DNA of 64,000 bases, from the NCBI GenBank assembly GCA_964016885.1, contig OZ024760.1:31248001-31312000 (forward strand). Reading direction: 5' to 3'. Below, in pieces: positions 1 through 13,689 of this stretch (position 1 is the stretch's first letter; the number at the start of each line of letters is the position of its first letter). The translations under genes were made by a program, and so were the position numbers. This DNA comes from Eledone cirrhosa. Taxonomy: Eukaryota. The notes under the pieces were generated by a model. That model made no database searches. It was not told the DNA's origin and saw only the letters and a program-made list of their open reading frames with translations.

Positions 1-37
1 TATATATATACCATAAATATATATATATACCACCACT

Positions 38-850
38 GCCCATGTTTTCTGTGGTCTTCCTCTACTGCGTCTTCCATCTACTGGGATTTCTTGGCACTTC
101 TTTACCCAATGGTCATCTTCCATGTGTATCACATGTCCATACCAACGCAATCTTCTCTCCCACGCACTACAGTTTATCCCTCTTGTACACAGTCTCTCTC
201 TCAACTCTGCTTGGTTGTTCACGCACATTGACATTGTACAGCCATTGGAGCATGCTTGCATCATTTCTTTCCAGCTGTTGCATATCCTCCGCAGTTGCTG
301 TCCATGTCTCACTACCATGCAGCATTGTGTATTTCACACAGGCATCATACAACCGGCCTTTCGGTCGTAGGGAAAAACCCTTCATTGTCAACAGAGGAAC
401 CAACTCCATAAACTTCTTCCAACCCACTCTTATTCTAGATACTATGGCCTCGGAACACCCTCCTCTCTTGCTAATTTGATCACCTAGATATCGGAAGCTT
501 TCAACCACCTCTATAGATCCTACCTGTGTTTGAAAAACGTGCCTGTCACTGATACTTCTACTATTAATTTTCCCTGAACATCTACTACATATGAAGTTTT
601 GCTTTCCTGTTAGTTTGCCTGTTATCTCACTACATCTCTTGTGTACCCAACATCTGCATTGTGTACATTCTATAGAGTTTATGCCAACTCCTTTTCTACA
701 TATCGAACATGGCCATTTCCCTGATGGAATCAGAGTCTTGACCTCTTTGTTACTTACCAATACTTCAGTCTTTGCTAGGTTCACTCTCAGTCCTCTTGAT
801 TCCAACTGCTGTTTCCACAGCTGGAATTTATTCTCTAGCTCCTCTAATAC
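38..850 (-). mobile_element. RTE-clade LINE fragment (RT C-terminus, PHD-like Cys finger, C-terminal region)
   Basis: ORF 167..946 reads GLRVNLAKT..KWPCSICRKGVG.NSI.C..C..WVHKRCS..FRYLGD..KGRLYDACV..MLHGSETW; same family as 22752-23985. Confidence 0.9.
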
Positions 851-922
<72 letters not shown>

Positions 923-1518
923 AACTAGAAAATAAATTCTGCTCATGGAAACTGAATTTGGAACAAATTAGTTGATTCATGATGGAAGCAAATTGGTAGA
1001 CTACCATTTGCCTCCATCATGGATCAACTCAGCACTTTTGCCATAATAACACATTTTGAACTGCTTATCTTCAAGAACTATGCCTGTAAATAATATTATT
1101 TTTTCTTTCCCATTACCTTATCATGTTCCACATTACCCCCTTTTTTTCTTTTTTTCTTTTCACTTCAAAAACCTTGTTTGTAAATAATATTATTCTTTCT
1201 TTCCCATTTCCTTAACATGTTCAACATCACATTATCTTCCCTCCAACATTTTACACCAATACAAATTCCCCCCTTTGATAATGCATAAAATGCTGAAACC
1301 GGTAATAGACAATTATTAAATATATAAATAAATAAATAAATGCCATTGTTAATTAATTAATAAATTAACTAATACCTTAACACTTCACACAAAGTAAAAT
1401 ATTTTGTTTTAAACATTTTCTAACCCAGAAAAAAGAGAAAAAAATAAAAAGGAAAATAATATATTTTTCTTCCTAATAATCGTCTCTTTCTCCCTATTTT
1501 CATATATATATATATAAA

Positions 1519-2347
1519 ATGAAAGGCAGGTTGTACGATGCCTGCATACGAACAGCAATGCTGCATGGCAGTGAGACCTGGGCATTGTGTGCAGAGGATA
1601 TACGCAGACTAGAGAGGAACGAAGCTTGCATGCTCCGCTGGATGTGTAACAGTAATATACGTGAACGGCAAAGCATAAACGAACTAAGGAATAAATTAGA
1701 GATAAGAGGGATCAGATGTTGTTTACTCGAGAGAAGGCTACGTTGGTATGGACACGTGATGCGCATGAAAGTCGATAGCTGTATAACAAAGTGCAGGGCA
1801 ATAAAGATAGACGGTAGTCACGGAATAGGCAGACCTAGAAAAACCTGGGACGAGCTGATAAACTCCGACATCACACACTTACACCTCTCCAAGACAATGT
1901 CACTGGACCGAGACCTTTGGCGGTACTCAGTAACAGAGAAGACCCGCCTTACCTAAATATATAGTAAAACCTACTCCAGCCAGTAGGCATCTCTAACAAA
2001 TACACCCCGTCCCACCACCCCCACCCGATCCACACCACCCCGTTCTATGTAAAGTTATGTTGGTGCCGCGCCATCGAGGCCGAAACAAATGAGATCGTGT
2101 AGGTGTCACGACAAAAAAACACACAGTCCACGCTGTAATGTGGCCGTGTAGGCAACACGGTAAAAACCTCCCAGACCCACACTGTAAATGTGGTTGGTGT
2201 TAGGAAGGGCATCCAACTGTAGAAAACCTGCCAGACAGTCCTATGCGAGCAAGACAATCACTCTTGCCTCAAGTGGGACCACCCCCGTCCAAACCCATGC
2301 AAGCGTGGAACACGGACGTTAAACGCTGATGATGATGATGATGATGA
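1519..2347 (+). mobile_element. 5'-truncated RTE LINE: ORF end, 3' UTR and (GAT)n tail
   Basis: KGRLYDAC..LHGSETW..RRLRWYGHV..GRPRKTW to 1956; ends aacccatgcaagcgtggaacacggacgttaaacg(c/a)tgatgat. Confidence 0.85.
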
Positions 2348-2397
2348 TTCCAACTTGTGTGCTCCTTCTTCACATTTTATTATTATATATATATGCA

Positions 2398-2499
<102 letters not shown>

Positions 2500-2861
2500 C
2501 ACACATATATATATATATATAATCATCATCATCTTCGTTTAACGTCCATTTTCCACGCTAGCATGGGTTATACATACATACATATTACATATATATATAT
2601 ATATATACATACGTACATATATATATATATACATATATATATACATATATATATATATATACATGTACATATATATATAAATATATATATATATGCATAT
2701 ATATATATATATATAGATGTTGAGAGTGAGAGTGGAAAGTGGGGGTGGGGGAGACCAATGCCATCCAATAGAATGACACCAGAAGTGGAACTAATCTAAC
2801 TTTAGAAGAAATATCAATGAAACACACACACACACACATATATATATATATGTAAGTATTC

Positions 2862-2900
<39 letters not shown>

Positions 2901-2940
2901 GATATTAAACAAATGGAAACTATATTTATAAAACCATATT

Positions 2941-3006
2941 TATTTCATTATACATATTTCAGGGATACCATATTAAAAATATGGCATGCCTTCTTCAGAT
3001 AAAATA
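2941..3006 (-). ncRNA. Type I hammerhead ribozyme motif (mirror copy of 3158-3223)
   Basis: Exact reverse complement within the palindrome. Confidence 0.78.
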
Positions 3007-3157
3007 CAATATATAAGCAGTTTTATAAATAAATTTGACGTACCATAAAATATTGATCAACTTCCATTTAAAAAACTACCAAACCAACTTTTTTAAATGG
3101 AAGTTGATCAATATTTTATGGTACGTCAAATTTATTTATAAAACTGCTTATATATTG

Positions 3158-3223
3158 TATTTTATCTGAAGAAGGCATGCCATATTTTTAATATGGTATC
3201 CCTGAAATATGTATAATGAAATA
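3158..3223 (+). ncRNA. Type I hammerhead ribozyme motif (family A)
   Basis: tattttat-CTGAAGA-stem II aggcatgccatatt/aatatggtatccct-GAAA-tatgt-ATA-atgaaata; 8-bp stem I; predicted cleavage after 3215. Confidence 0.8.
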
Positions 3224-3350
3224 AATATGGTTTTATAAATATAGTTTCCATTTGTTTAATATCGTATATCTACTCCAAAACTTGTTGAGTGCTTTATATC
3301 AGTTATAAAAATATTTGCTTGTTGTATCCCAATAATTTAAATAGAACTTC

Positions 3351-3742
<392 letters not shown>

Positions 3743-4087
3743 TCATCATCATCATCATCATCATCGTTTAACGTCCACCTTCCACGCTTGCATGGGTTTG
3801 GGCGGGAGTTTTCCCACTTGAGGCAAGATTGGTTGTCCTGCTCGCATAGGACTGTCTGGCGGGTTTTCTATGGCTGGATGCCCTTCCTAACACCATCCAC
3901 ATTTACAGTGTGTACTGGGAGGTTTTTACCGTGTTACCTACACGGCCACATTACAGCGTGGACTGTGTGTTTTTTTGTCGTGACACCTACACGACCTCAT
4001 TTGTTTAGGACTGGATGTTGTGGTACCAACATAACTTTACATTGAAAGGTGTGGTGTGGATGGGGTGGGGGTAGTGGTACGGGGGTG
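3743..4087 (-). mobile_element. RTE 3' UTR fragment with (GAT)n tail
   Basis: Same family as 1960-2347 and 27750-28360. Confidence 0.8.
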
Positions 4088-4131
4088 TATATATATATAT
4101 ATATATATATACAGTATATATATATATACTG

Positions 4132-4185
<54 letters not shown>

Positions 4186-4204
4186 TATATATATGTATGT
4201 GTAT

Positions 4205-4345
4205 ATAGTCCAGAAATAGCCGTCGAAACGGCTTGAGCTCTGCCGTCGGGGTCATACTTTTTCCTATTTCCCACTCTACTACCCTAAGTATTGAGTACTC
4301 TGGTGCGTTATGGTCCATCTGGTTCCTTACCACAATTCCTTTTTT
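4205..4345 (+). mobile_element. Short dispersed element (family C), single arm
   Basis: agaaatagccgtcGAAACGGCttgagctctGCCGTCgggg...ggttccttaccacaattcc; four more copies in the window. Confidence 0.7.
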
Positions 4346-4350
4346 ATATG

Positions 4351-4422
<72 letters not shown>

Positions 4423-5241
4423 CAGTGAGGTAGAGAGAGAGGGAGAAAGAGACAGAGATTTCCAACAGCTGTTACTTGGTTATTTGTTGAAATGATCAAC
4501 TCAGGTATTGGGTCAAAGTCAAACATGTAGTAGTAGTGGTGGTGGTTTGGGGGGGGGGGTGACGGTGTGGTGGTGGTGGTGTAGTGGTGGTGGTGATGGT
4601 GTAGTGGTGGTGGTTGGGGGGAGGTGACGGTGTGGTGTTGTGTGGTGGTGGTGATGGTGTAGTGGTGGTGGTTGGGGGGAGGTGACAGTGTGGTGTTGTG
4701 TGGTGGTGGTGGTCGTAGGCAGTATGGCAGTGGTGGTGATGGTGGTGGTGGAGGCTATTTCACCAACACCACAGAACACAAGCAACACTACCAAAACAGT
4801 CACCTCCACCCAACCACCACCACCACCACACCATCACCTCCCCCCAACCACTACCATCACTACACTGACCCCACCACCACCACCACCATCACCACCACCA
4901 CCACAACACCACACCATCACCTCCCCCAACCACCACCACCACCACCACCACCACACCGTCACCTCCCCCAACCACCACCACCACCACGACCATCAGATTG
5001 TTGATTGTCATAGACAGACACATCATAACCACCTGCGACCACAGATTATTCCTTTCCTTTTGATCTTTCTTACCTGTCTCAGGTTTACCCTCCATACATA
5101 GGTAGCTACAGTAAAGAACTCTGCACACTTACAACGCTCAAAGAAACTCCATGCAACCATTTTCCTTCTTCACATTTAATTTTCTCCTTTATCTATCTAT
5201 CTATATATCTGGCTACCTATCTATCTATCTATCTATCTATC

Positions 5242-7220
5242 ACCTCGAGTGCCTACAGGCGCTAACAGCCCTCTACCAAGCGGAAATGGCAATCAGCAGA
5301 GACTCCACTTCGACATTCTATAGGGAATTAGTGGAGGATAAGTGCGACAACGTTCTCGGGGAAACTCTAGGCATCGAGGAGGACGAACTGACCAGTCTGT
5401 TTGGGAGGATTTTCCATCCAGGGCCTATGGATAACTTCCAGAGGTCTCTGGCCTGGCAGTGCTACCGAGGAGCTCTACCAGTTCAAGACAAAATCTACAG
5501 GCATGGATGCCCTGGCAGAGATCCTGCCAAAAGGACCTGTCCAAGATGCGAGCAGGACATCAAAACCGTTCTGCACGCAATTGTTCAGTGCCCAGAGGTG
5601 ACCGACCTGTGGAATTATGTCGAACAGCTGCTGTCACGTGTGGGACGCATCCTGTTGTCAGCCGAGTCCATTGTGAGGATCACCCTGCCGCCTTCATTTA
5701 AGAACGAAGGAGAGGCGGTTTTCCTCTGTCTGGTGGCTATGGCGAAAGAGGTAATATGGTGGACGAGGTTAAAAGGACTGAGGGCAAACACCTTTGCCTC
5801 CGGACAACAACTTATCCCCTTCTTTAAGTATCACTTCAGAAGGAAGGTGAAAGTAGAGAGAGAGGTGCTACACCCCAGTAAATTCGCTGAAAGGTGGGCG
5901 AATGTGACGAAAATGGCCCGGGTGAATGGGCCTTCTCTGTATATAAACCTGTAAGTTGAGGAAGACAAAGGAGGGAAGACAGGAACACCTACACAACGTG
6001 TTCCTGGTGTTGAGGGTTGTTCTATCCATGGGGTGTAAAACAACCCTGCAGTAACGTTCCCCCCTATTGGGGATTTCAATTGTTATTTTATTATATACTA
6101 GCAGCAGTACCCAGCGTTGCCTGGGTAGGTAAAATAATCTCTGCTTTGATGAAAAGGTGTTGATCTTAGTGACTGCTTCTCAATGACTCATCTATGGCCA
6201 CACACAGGCCATGCTGGGGAGGGTGGTGATGACCTCTATCACTGAGAAATGCGGGTGACTGACGAAGGGGCATACTGGGGGAGGGAGGTAATGACCTCTA
6301 ACACTAAGCCAAATTTCCTCACGCTACTTGATTGGAAACCGATGAATTCTCAAATACACAACTAAAAGCTCAGACAACGTCAGTGGCCATCGTTTCGCCT
6401 TTGACCATCTATAAGATGTGCAATGATAGGTTCTATTGTAGTATAAAAGTTGAACCAAATAAATTGATTTATGTGTGAGGTGGAGCCGAAGTTTCGAATT
6501 TGAACGAAATCGGTTGAAAAATGTGGGAGCTAGAGCCGAAAAGGAGGAAATTTGAGTGAAAAGGTGGTATTTTCGAATATTTACGCAGCTGCCACGCCAT
6601 TCCTGAACAAAAAATCCAAAATGTAAAGCCACTTTAAGACGTGAAATAATCAGATCTAACGTAGTGTAAAATTTGAACAAAGTAGGTTGATTAATGTGGG
6701 AGCTAGAGCCGAAAAAGTGGAAATTTGAGTCTAAAAGTGGTATTTTTGAATATTTAAGCGGCTGCCATGCCGTCCCTGAACAACAAATGCAAAATATAAA
6801 GCCATTACAGGATGTGCAATGATAAATTCTATTTTGCTTTAAAATTTGAACGAAATCGGTGGCAAAATGTGGGAGCTAGAGCCAAAAATCTTATTTTTTG
6901 ATACCTAAAAAAAGGTGACCCCCCCCCCCCCCCCCCTATCGATTTTTATCTGCAGAATGACCCCGGAATAAAAAAAACGATACGCTGATATATAGAAAAC
7001 ACTCTCCAATGAGTGTAATGAGCCTGTAAAGTTTCATGAAAATCGGTCGTAAGATGTAGGCTCCTATAGGTAACACACAGACACACACATACTTAATTTT
7101 ATATATATACAGATAGTTTATTGTTATTTATTAATGTTAAAGTTATTTTTATGTAAAACCCCCGCCGTCATGTCTTGTAATGTCCCATTTTTGTACGCCC
7201 CTGTGGCAAATAAAGAAAGA
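5242..7220 (+). mobile_element. Tx1/L1-like LINE 3' fragment inside (CTAT)n, split by a Helitron-type insertion
   Basis: ORF to 5954 with CPRC..TVLHAIVQC knuckle; 3' UTR resumes at 7114 and ends aataaagaaaga(tatc)n; homologous to 15900-16745 and 18049-18540. Confidence 0.75.
6097..7113 (-). mobile_element. Non-autonomous Helitron-type element
   Basis: CTAG terminus at 6098 with adjacent hairpin acccag..ctgggt; other end (AC)n-tatatacagat giving TC on -; internal duplicated blocks; same architecture at 51103-51970. Confidence 0.65.
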
Positions 7221-8413
7221 TATCTATCTATCTATCTACCTATCTATCTATCTATCTATCTGTCTGTCTGTTTGTCGCACCTAGAGAAAACATCAATTTC
7301 AATTTAACTGAAATGTCCTTCAGCTTAGTTGCAGTGAAAACTAGTCAGGTCCACCATTAGTTTAACGCTTGATATAATGGAAAAACAGATATATTTATTA
7401 CACTAACTATACTATCGATGTAGGTGCAATTGTTTCTATGATTGTGAAATTCAGAGGTCAGGTCCCAAATCTTCAGCCTTATATTGACACAATAATGGGT
7501 TTGGTCTGTGATAACATGCCCAAGCCTTGCTAGAAGGGAAAGCAGACATTACAATTTGGAGGGTGAGTATGGTTTGGTTTGGCAGGAGTCATATGGGTAT
7601 TTTCAGTGTGTTTGTGGACTCATTGGAGCAGTAATGGTCATCATCATCATCATCATTTTACGTCCGCTTTTCCCTGCTTGCAAGGGTGGGACGGGTCCTA
7701 TTCAGCACAGCATCTCTCCACTTGTCACGGTCCTTCGTCATCTCCTCCATGATCTTCAGCGATCTGAGATCGCTCCACCACCTCCGCCCATGAGTTACGT
7801 GGTCTTATACACTGTAAATGTGGTTGGTGTTAGGAAGGGCATCCAGCCATAGAAAACCTGCCAGATAGTCCTATACGAGCGAGACACGGTCACCCGACCT
7901 ACCTTGCCTCAAGTGAGATAATTCCTGTCTAACCCATGCTAGCATGGAAGATGGACGTTAAACGATGATGATGTTGATGATGATGATGATATATATATTT
8001 GAGTACGTGACATCACATAAAATTCTTTTTTGAAGCTTAATTGCTTTAAATTAATGTTTTGTCTCTCATCTCTTACTCCACTGGACAGCGTTTGGCTTGT
8101 GTTAGATGATGTGACCCTGGGTGGACCAGCAGTACCGTTGGTAGGGGTCGAAACTACCAAAGTCCACCTCAACGCCCGATGACCCTGGAGTTCTGTGTCC
8201 TTTGTTTGGATTTTAATTTTAAAAAAAAAAATTTTAAAGTTTTCCCTTTAAAAAATTGTTTTTAGTTTTGCCTTGGTTCCGTTCATTGTTTTGTCCTCTG
8301 TTAATTCTATCACATCACCCCCCACCCAACATCCCACCCCTTCCCACCATCACCCCACCCCACACTCCACATCACCCCACCTCACCCCACCCAACTGTTG
8401 TTCCTCTGTGCAG

Positions 8414-10501
8414 ATCAAAAGTTATTTTACTGATGTCTTCCAGGACTTGCTCTGTTTACAGTTGGTGTTCACACCCACAGTGCAGTTAAAGAGTGCAGCA
8501 CCCCAGAGACAACACCATGCAACTACAGTGCAGTTAAAGAGTGCAGCACCCCAGAGACAACACCATGCACCCACAGTGCAATTAAAGAGTGCACCACCCC
8601 AGAGACAATACCATCTACCCACAGTGCAGTTAAAGAGTGCAGCACCCCAGAGACAACACCATGCACCCACAGTGCAGTTAAAGAGTGCACCACCCCAGAG
8701 ACAACACCATGCACCCACAGTGCAGTTAAAGAGTGCACCATCCCAGAGACAATACCATGCACCCACAGTGCAGTTAAAGAGTGCAGCACACCAGAGACAA
8801 TACCATGCACCCACAGTGCAATTAAAGAGTGCACCACTCCAGAGACAACACCATGCACCCACAGTGCAGTTAGACAGTGGACCTCCCCAGAGACAATACC
8901 ATGCACCCACAGTGCAGTTAAAGAGTGCAGCACCCCAGAGACAATACCATGCACCCACAGTGCAGTTAAAGAGTGCACCACCCCAGAGACAACACCATGC
9001 ACCCACAGTGCAATTAAAGAGTGCACCACCCCAGAGACAACACCATGCACCCACAGTGCAGTTAAAGAGTGCAGCACCCCAGAGACAACACCATGCACCC
9101 ACAGTGCAATTAAAGAGTGCACCACCCCAGAGACAATACCATGCACCCACAGTGCAGTTAGACAGTGGACCTCCCCAGAGACAATACCATGCACCCACAG
9201 TGCAGTTAAAGAGTGCACCACCCCAGAGACAATACCATGCACCCACAGTGCAGTTAAAAAGTGCACCACCCCAGAGACAATACCATGCACCCACAGTGCA
9301 GTTAAAGAGTGCAGCACCCCAGAGACAACACCATGCACCCACAGTGCAATTAAAGAGTGCACCACCCCAGAGACAATACCATCTACCCACAGTGCAGTTA
9401 AAGAGTGCAGCACCCCAGAGACAATACCATGCACCCACAGTGCAGTTAAAGAGTGCACCACCCCAGAGACAATACCATGCACCCACAGTGCAGTTAAAGA
9501 GTGCACCACCCCAGAGACAATACCATGCACCCACAGTGCAGTTAAAGAGTGCAGCACCCCAGAGACAACACCATGCACCCACAGTGCAGTTAAAGAGTGC
9601 AGCACCCCAGAGACAACACCATGCACCCACAGTGCAGTTAAAGAGTGCACCACCCCAGAGACAATACCATGCACCTACAGTACAGTTAAAAAGTGCACCA
9701 CCCCAGAGACAATACCATGCACCCACAGTGCAGTTAAAGAGTGCAGCACCCCAGAGACAACACCATGCACCCACAGTGCAGTTAGACAGTGCACCTCCCC
9801 AGAGACAATACCATGCACCCACAGTGCAGTTAAAGAGTGCACCACCCCAGAGACAATACCATGCACCTACAGTACAGTTAAAAAGTGCACCACCCCAGAG
9901 ACAATACCATGCACCCACAGTGCAGTTAAAGAGTGCAGCACCCCAGAGACAACACCATGCACCCACAGTGCAGTTAGACAGTGCACCTCCCCAGAGACAA
10001 TACCATGCACCCACAGTGCAGTTAAAGAGTGCACCACCCCAGAGACATCACCATGCACCCACAGTGCAGTTAGACAGTGCACCTCCCCAGAGACAATACC
10101 ATGCACCCACAGTGCAGCTAAAGAGTGCAGCACCCCAGAGACAACACCATGCACCCACAGTGCAGTTAGACAGTGCACCTCCCCAGAGACAATACCATGC
10201 ACCCACAGTGCAGTTAAAGAGTGCACCACCCCAGAGACAACACCATGCACCCACAGTGCAGTTAGACAGTGCACCCCCCCAGAGACAATACCATGCACCC
10301 ACAGTGCAGTTAAAGAGTGCACCACCCCAGATACAACACCATGCAACCACAGTGCAGTTAAAGAGTGCACCACCCCAGAGACAACATGCAACCACAGTGC
10401 AGTTAAAGAGTGCATCACCCCAGAGACAACACCATGCACAAACTTATTGCCAGAGTCAGTTCCTATGGTTGGTTGATTTCTTATTGAGCATGGCTGACTA
10501 G
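8414..10501 (+). CDS. Candidate coding exon for a 16-aa repeat protein (TVQLKSAPPQRQYHAP)n
   Basis: Frame open throughout; acceptor-like ttcctctgtgcag at 8413; many unit variants are synonymous; the single indel noticed is 3 nt. Confidence 0.4.
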   Translation: MKSYFTDVFQDLLCLQLVFTPTVQLKSAAPQRQHHATTVQLKSAAPQRQHHAPTVQLKSAPPQRQYHLPTVQLKSAAPQRQHHAPTVQLKSAPPQRQHHAPTVQLKSAPSQRQYHAPTVQLKSAAHQRQYHAPTVQLKSAPLQRQHHAPTVQLDSGPPQRQYHAPTVQLKSAAPQRQYHAPTVQLKSAPPQRQHHAPTVQLKSAPPQRQHHAPTVQLKSAAPQRQHHAPTVQLKSAPPQRQYHAPTVQLDSGPPQRQYHAPTVQLKSAPPQRQYHAPTVQLKSAPPQRQYHAPTVQLKSAAPQRQHHAPTVQLKSAPPQRQYHLPTVQLKSAAPQRQYHAPTVQLKSAPPQRQYHAPTVQLKSAPPQRQYHAPTVQLKSAAPQRQHHAPTVQLKSAAPQRQHHAPTVQLKSAPPQRQYHAPTVQLKSAPPQRQYHAPTVQLKSAAPQRQHHAPTVQLDSAPPQRQYHAPTVQLKSAPPQRQYHAPTVQLKSAPPQRQYHAPTVQLKSAAPQRQHHAPTVQLDSAPPQRQYHAPTVQLKSAPPQRHHHAPTVQLDSAPPQRQYHAPTVQLKSAAPQRQHHAPTVQLDSAPPQRQYHAPTVQLKSAPPQRQHHAPTVQLDSAPPQRQYHAPTVQLKSAPPQIQHHATTVQLKSAPPQRQHATTVQLKSASPQRQHHAQTYCQSQFLWLVDFLLSMAD
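8473..10440. repeat. 48-bp minisatellite, about 41 copies
   Basis: Unit acccacagtgcagttaaagagtgcaccaccccagagacaa(c/t)accatgc. Confidence 0.95.
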
Positions 10502-10507
10502 GTACTG

Positions 10508-10740
10508 TTTGTTGTGGTTGTTGTTGTTGTTGTAGTGGCTGCAGTTGTAGTGGTTGTTGTTGTTGTAGTGGTTGTTGTTGTTGTTGTAGTTGTTGTAGTA
10601 GTTGTTGTTGTAGTGGTTGTTGTTGTTGTAGTAGTTGTTGTAGTAGTTGTTGTTGTAGTGGTTGTTGTTGTTGTTGTTGTTGTAGTTGTTGTTGTAGCAG
10701 TTGTAGTAGTTGTTGTTGTTGTAGTAGTTGTAGTAGCTGT
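10508..10740. repeat. (GTT/GTA)n microsatellite
   Basis: Direct reading. Confidence 0.95.
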
Positions 10741-10872
10741 ATTAATAGTGTAGTAGTTGTTGTTATGATATTCCAACCGTGACCATCCAGTCTAATTGTT
10801 AAACCAGCCACTACACCATCTGTTGGCTGCACCATGGTTAAATGTTTCAACGGTTCACATAATGGTGTGCTC

Positions 10873-12670
10873 CAAACAGAGATTTGGCTCAAATACTGGC
10901 TATAAAACAGAAATTTGGTTCAAATATTGGCTATAAAACAGATTTGACTCAAATACTGGCTATAAACAGAGATTGAGCTCAAATATTGGTTATAAACAGA
11001 GATTGGGCTCAAATATTGGCTATAAACAGAGATTTGGCTCAAATACTGGCAATAAACAGAGATTGAGCTCAAATATTGGTTATAAACAGAGATTGGGCTC
11101 AAATATTGGCTATAAACAGAGATTTGGCTCAAATACTGGCTATAAACAGAGATTGAGCTCAAATATTGGTTATAAGCAGAGATTGGGCTCAAATATTGGC
11201 TATAAACAGAGATTTGGCTCAAATATTGGCTATAAACAGAGATTTGGCTCAAATACTGGCAATAAAACAGAGATTGGGCTCAAATATTGACTATAAACAG
11301 AGATTTGGCTCAAATACTAGCAATAAAACAGAGATTTGAATCAAATATTGGCTATAAAACAGAGATTTGGCTCAAATATTGGCTATAAAACAAAGATTGG
11401 GCTCAAATATTGGCTATAAACAGAGATTGGGCTCAAATATTGGCTATAAACAGATATTTGGCTCAAATACTGGCAATAAAACAGATTTGGCTCAAATATT
11501 GGCTATAAAACAGAGATTTGGCTCAAATATTGGCAATAAAACAAAGATTGGCTCAAATATTGGCTCAAATATTGGCTATAAAACAGAGATTTGGCTCAAA
11601 TACTAGCAATAAAACAGAGATTTGAATCAAATATTGACTATAAAACAGAGATTTGGCTCAAATATTGGCTATAAAACAGAGATTGGGCTCAAATATTGGC
11701 TATAAACAGAGATTGGGCTGAAATATTGGCTATAAACAGATATTTGGCTCAAATACTGGCAATAAAACAGATTTGGCTCAAATATTGGCTATAAAACAGA
11801 TTTGGCTCAAATATTGGCAATAAAACAGAGATTTGGCTCAAATATTGGCTATAAAACAGAGATTTGGCTCAAATACTGGAAATAAAACAGATTTTGCTTA
11901 AATATTGGCTATAAAACAGAGATTTGGCACAAATATTGGCTATAAAACAGAGGTTTGGCTCAAATATTGACCTTAAAACAGAGATTTGGCTCAAATAGTG
12001 GCTATAAAACAGAGATTTCGCTCAATTATTGGTTATAAAAAAGAGATTGGGCTCAAATATTGGCTATAAATAAAGATTGGGCTCAAATATTGGCTATAAA
12101 CAGAGATTTGGCTCAAATATTGGCTATAAACAGAGATTTGGCTCAAATACTGGCAATAAACAGAAGTTTGGCTCAAATAGTGGCTATAAAACAGAGATTT
12201 CGCTCAATTATTGGCTATAAAACAGAGATTGGGCTCAAATATTGGCTATAAATAGAGATTGGGCTCAAATACTGGCAATAAAACAGATTTGGCCCAAATA
12301 TTGGCTATAAACAGAGATTTAGCTCAAATACTAGCTATAAAATAGAGATTGGGCTGAAATATTGGCTATAAAACAGATTTGGCTCAAATATTGGCAATAA
12401 AACAGAGATTTGGCTCAAATACTGGCTATAAAACAGAGATTGGGCTGAAATATTGGCTATAAAACAGAGATTTGGCTCAAATACTGGCTATAAAACAGAG
12501 ATTTGGCTCAAATATTGGCAATAAAACAGAGATTTGGCTCAAATACTGGCTATAAAACAGAGGTCAGGTCCAAATACTGGCTATAAAACAGAGGTCAGGT
12601 CCAAATGTTGGTTATAAAACAGAGGTCAGGTCCAAATACTGGCAATTAAACAGAGGTCAGGTCGAAATAC
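10873..12670. repeat. About 30-bp minisatellite, roughly 60 copies
   Basis: Unit aaacagagatttggctcaaatattggctat(a); last four units switch to gaggtcaggtccaaat. Confidence 0.95.
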
Positions 12671-13689
12671 AAAATATACTCTACTAAAGACACTCAAGAG
12701 TGAAGGGGGTCAGTAGTGTTCAACAGCAGTTGGATTAAGGTTTTTATATTATTTATTATCTTAATTTTTTTTGCAGCCAGTAAATAACTGTAAACCCTAT
12801 TTAGCCCCCCTCCCCCATCTTTGTTTTGATTCGAGCTGGCAGCATTCCACAACTGACAGTCAACTATGACTAAACTTATTTGACAAGAGAGAATTCGACT
12901 AAACCTGTTCATTAAAGAAAAACACTGGAAACAGTTCTGTTTACTGTTGTTGTTGTTGTCGTTGTTGTTGTTGTTGTCATTGCCGTTGCTGTTGTTGTTG
13001 TCACTGTTGTTGTTGTCATTGTTGTTGTTGTTGTTGTCACTGTTGTTGTTGTCACTGTTGTTGTTGTCATTGTTGTTGTTGTCATTGTTGTCGTTATAAA
13101 TAACTGTTAATTACATGTGTTATTAGAGAAAAGCCATTTGTTAGCTCGGCTTTTTCTCGAAAGAAAAGTCGAGCTTCTGTTATTGCCTTCACCATGTTAT
13201 GGTGTCAAGGAGCAGGGATTTTAGCGGTTCATCTCTGGCGTTCACTTTATTTAGGTTTGTACTCAATTATCTTTTGTTTCACCTCTTTCAAATAAGGAAA
13301 AAAACTTCTGCTTGCTTCATCATCATCATCATCATCATCTCCGTTTTATGACCATTTTCCCGCTCTAGCATGGGTTAGACGAGTTATCCTGTTATGGGCA
13401 ATCTCTGGGTCAAGTGCCCATGTCTTGCTCATTCAGAACTGATTTTGGTTTAGTTTCTCCAGCTAGATGCCCTTCCTAACACCAGCCTCACAGCACTGGC
13501 TGTTTTTTGTTGTGACACCTACACAACCACTTTACAGTGTAGGCTGCAAACTTATGTGTATGTATATATATATATTTGTGTGTAAGTATATATATATTTG
13601 TGTGTATGTATATACATATATATATTTGTGTGTATGTATATACATATATATATTTGTGTGTATGTATATATATATATATTTGTATATAT

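Larger units (their letters stand above)
2895..3353 (+). mobile_element. Short PLE-derived fold-back insertion (family A): 181-bp palindrome plus about 85-nt tail, in (TA)n
   Basis: Arms 2895-3075 and 3089-3269, 13-nt loop; tail ends aaatagaacttctaca; homologues at 26985-27072, 31290-31535, 55689-56075. Confidence 0.75.

Noticed and set aside
1272-1312. Hammerhead-like TTGATAA..GAAACCGGTA and nearby hairpin 971-1028
   Set aside because: Two core mismatches and no stem I; probably a decayed PLE end but not callable
8076-8200. Possible small exon on either strand (VWLVLDDVTLGG on +)
   Set aside because: Splice-like signals on both strands and weak similarity to the CRE RT motif; cannot be resolved
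8422-10395. Cys/Trp-rich and Val/His-rich minus-strand ORFs
   Set aside because: Shadow frames of the 48-bp repeat, interrupted by stops
10873-12670. Possible CRISPR-like or coding array
   Set aside because: No unique spacers; frequent 1-nt indels break all frames
13141-13175. Hairpin resembling a Helentron/HINE end
   Set aside because: No partner end or internal sequence found
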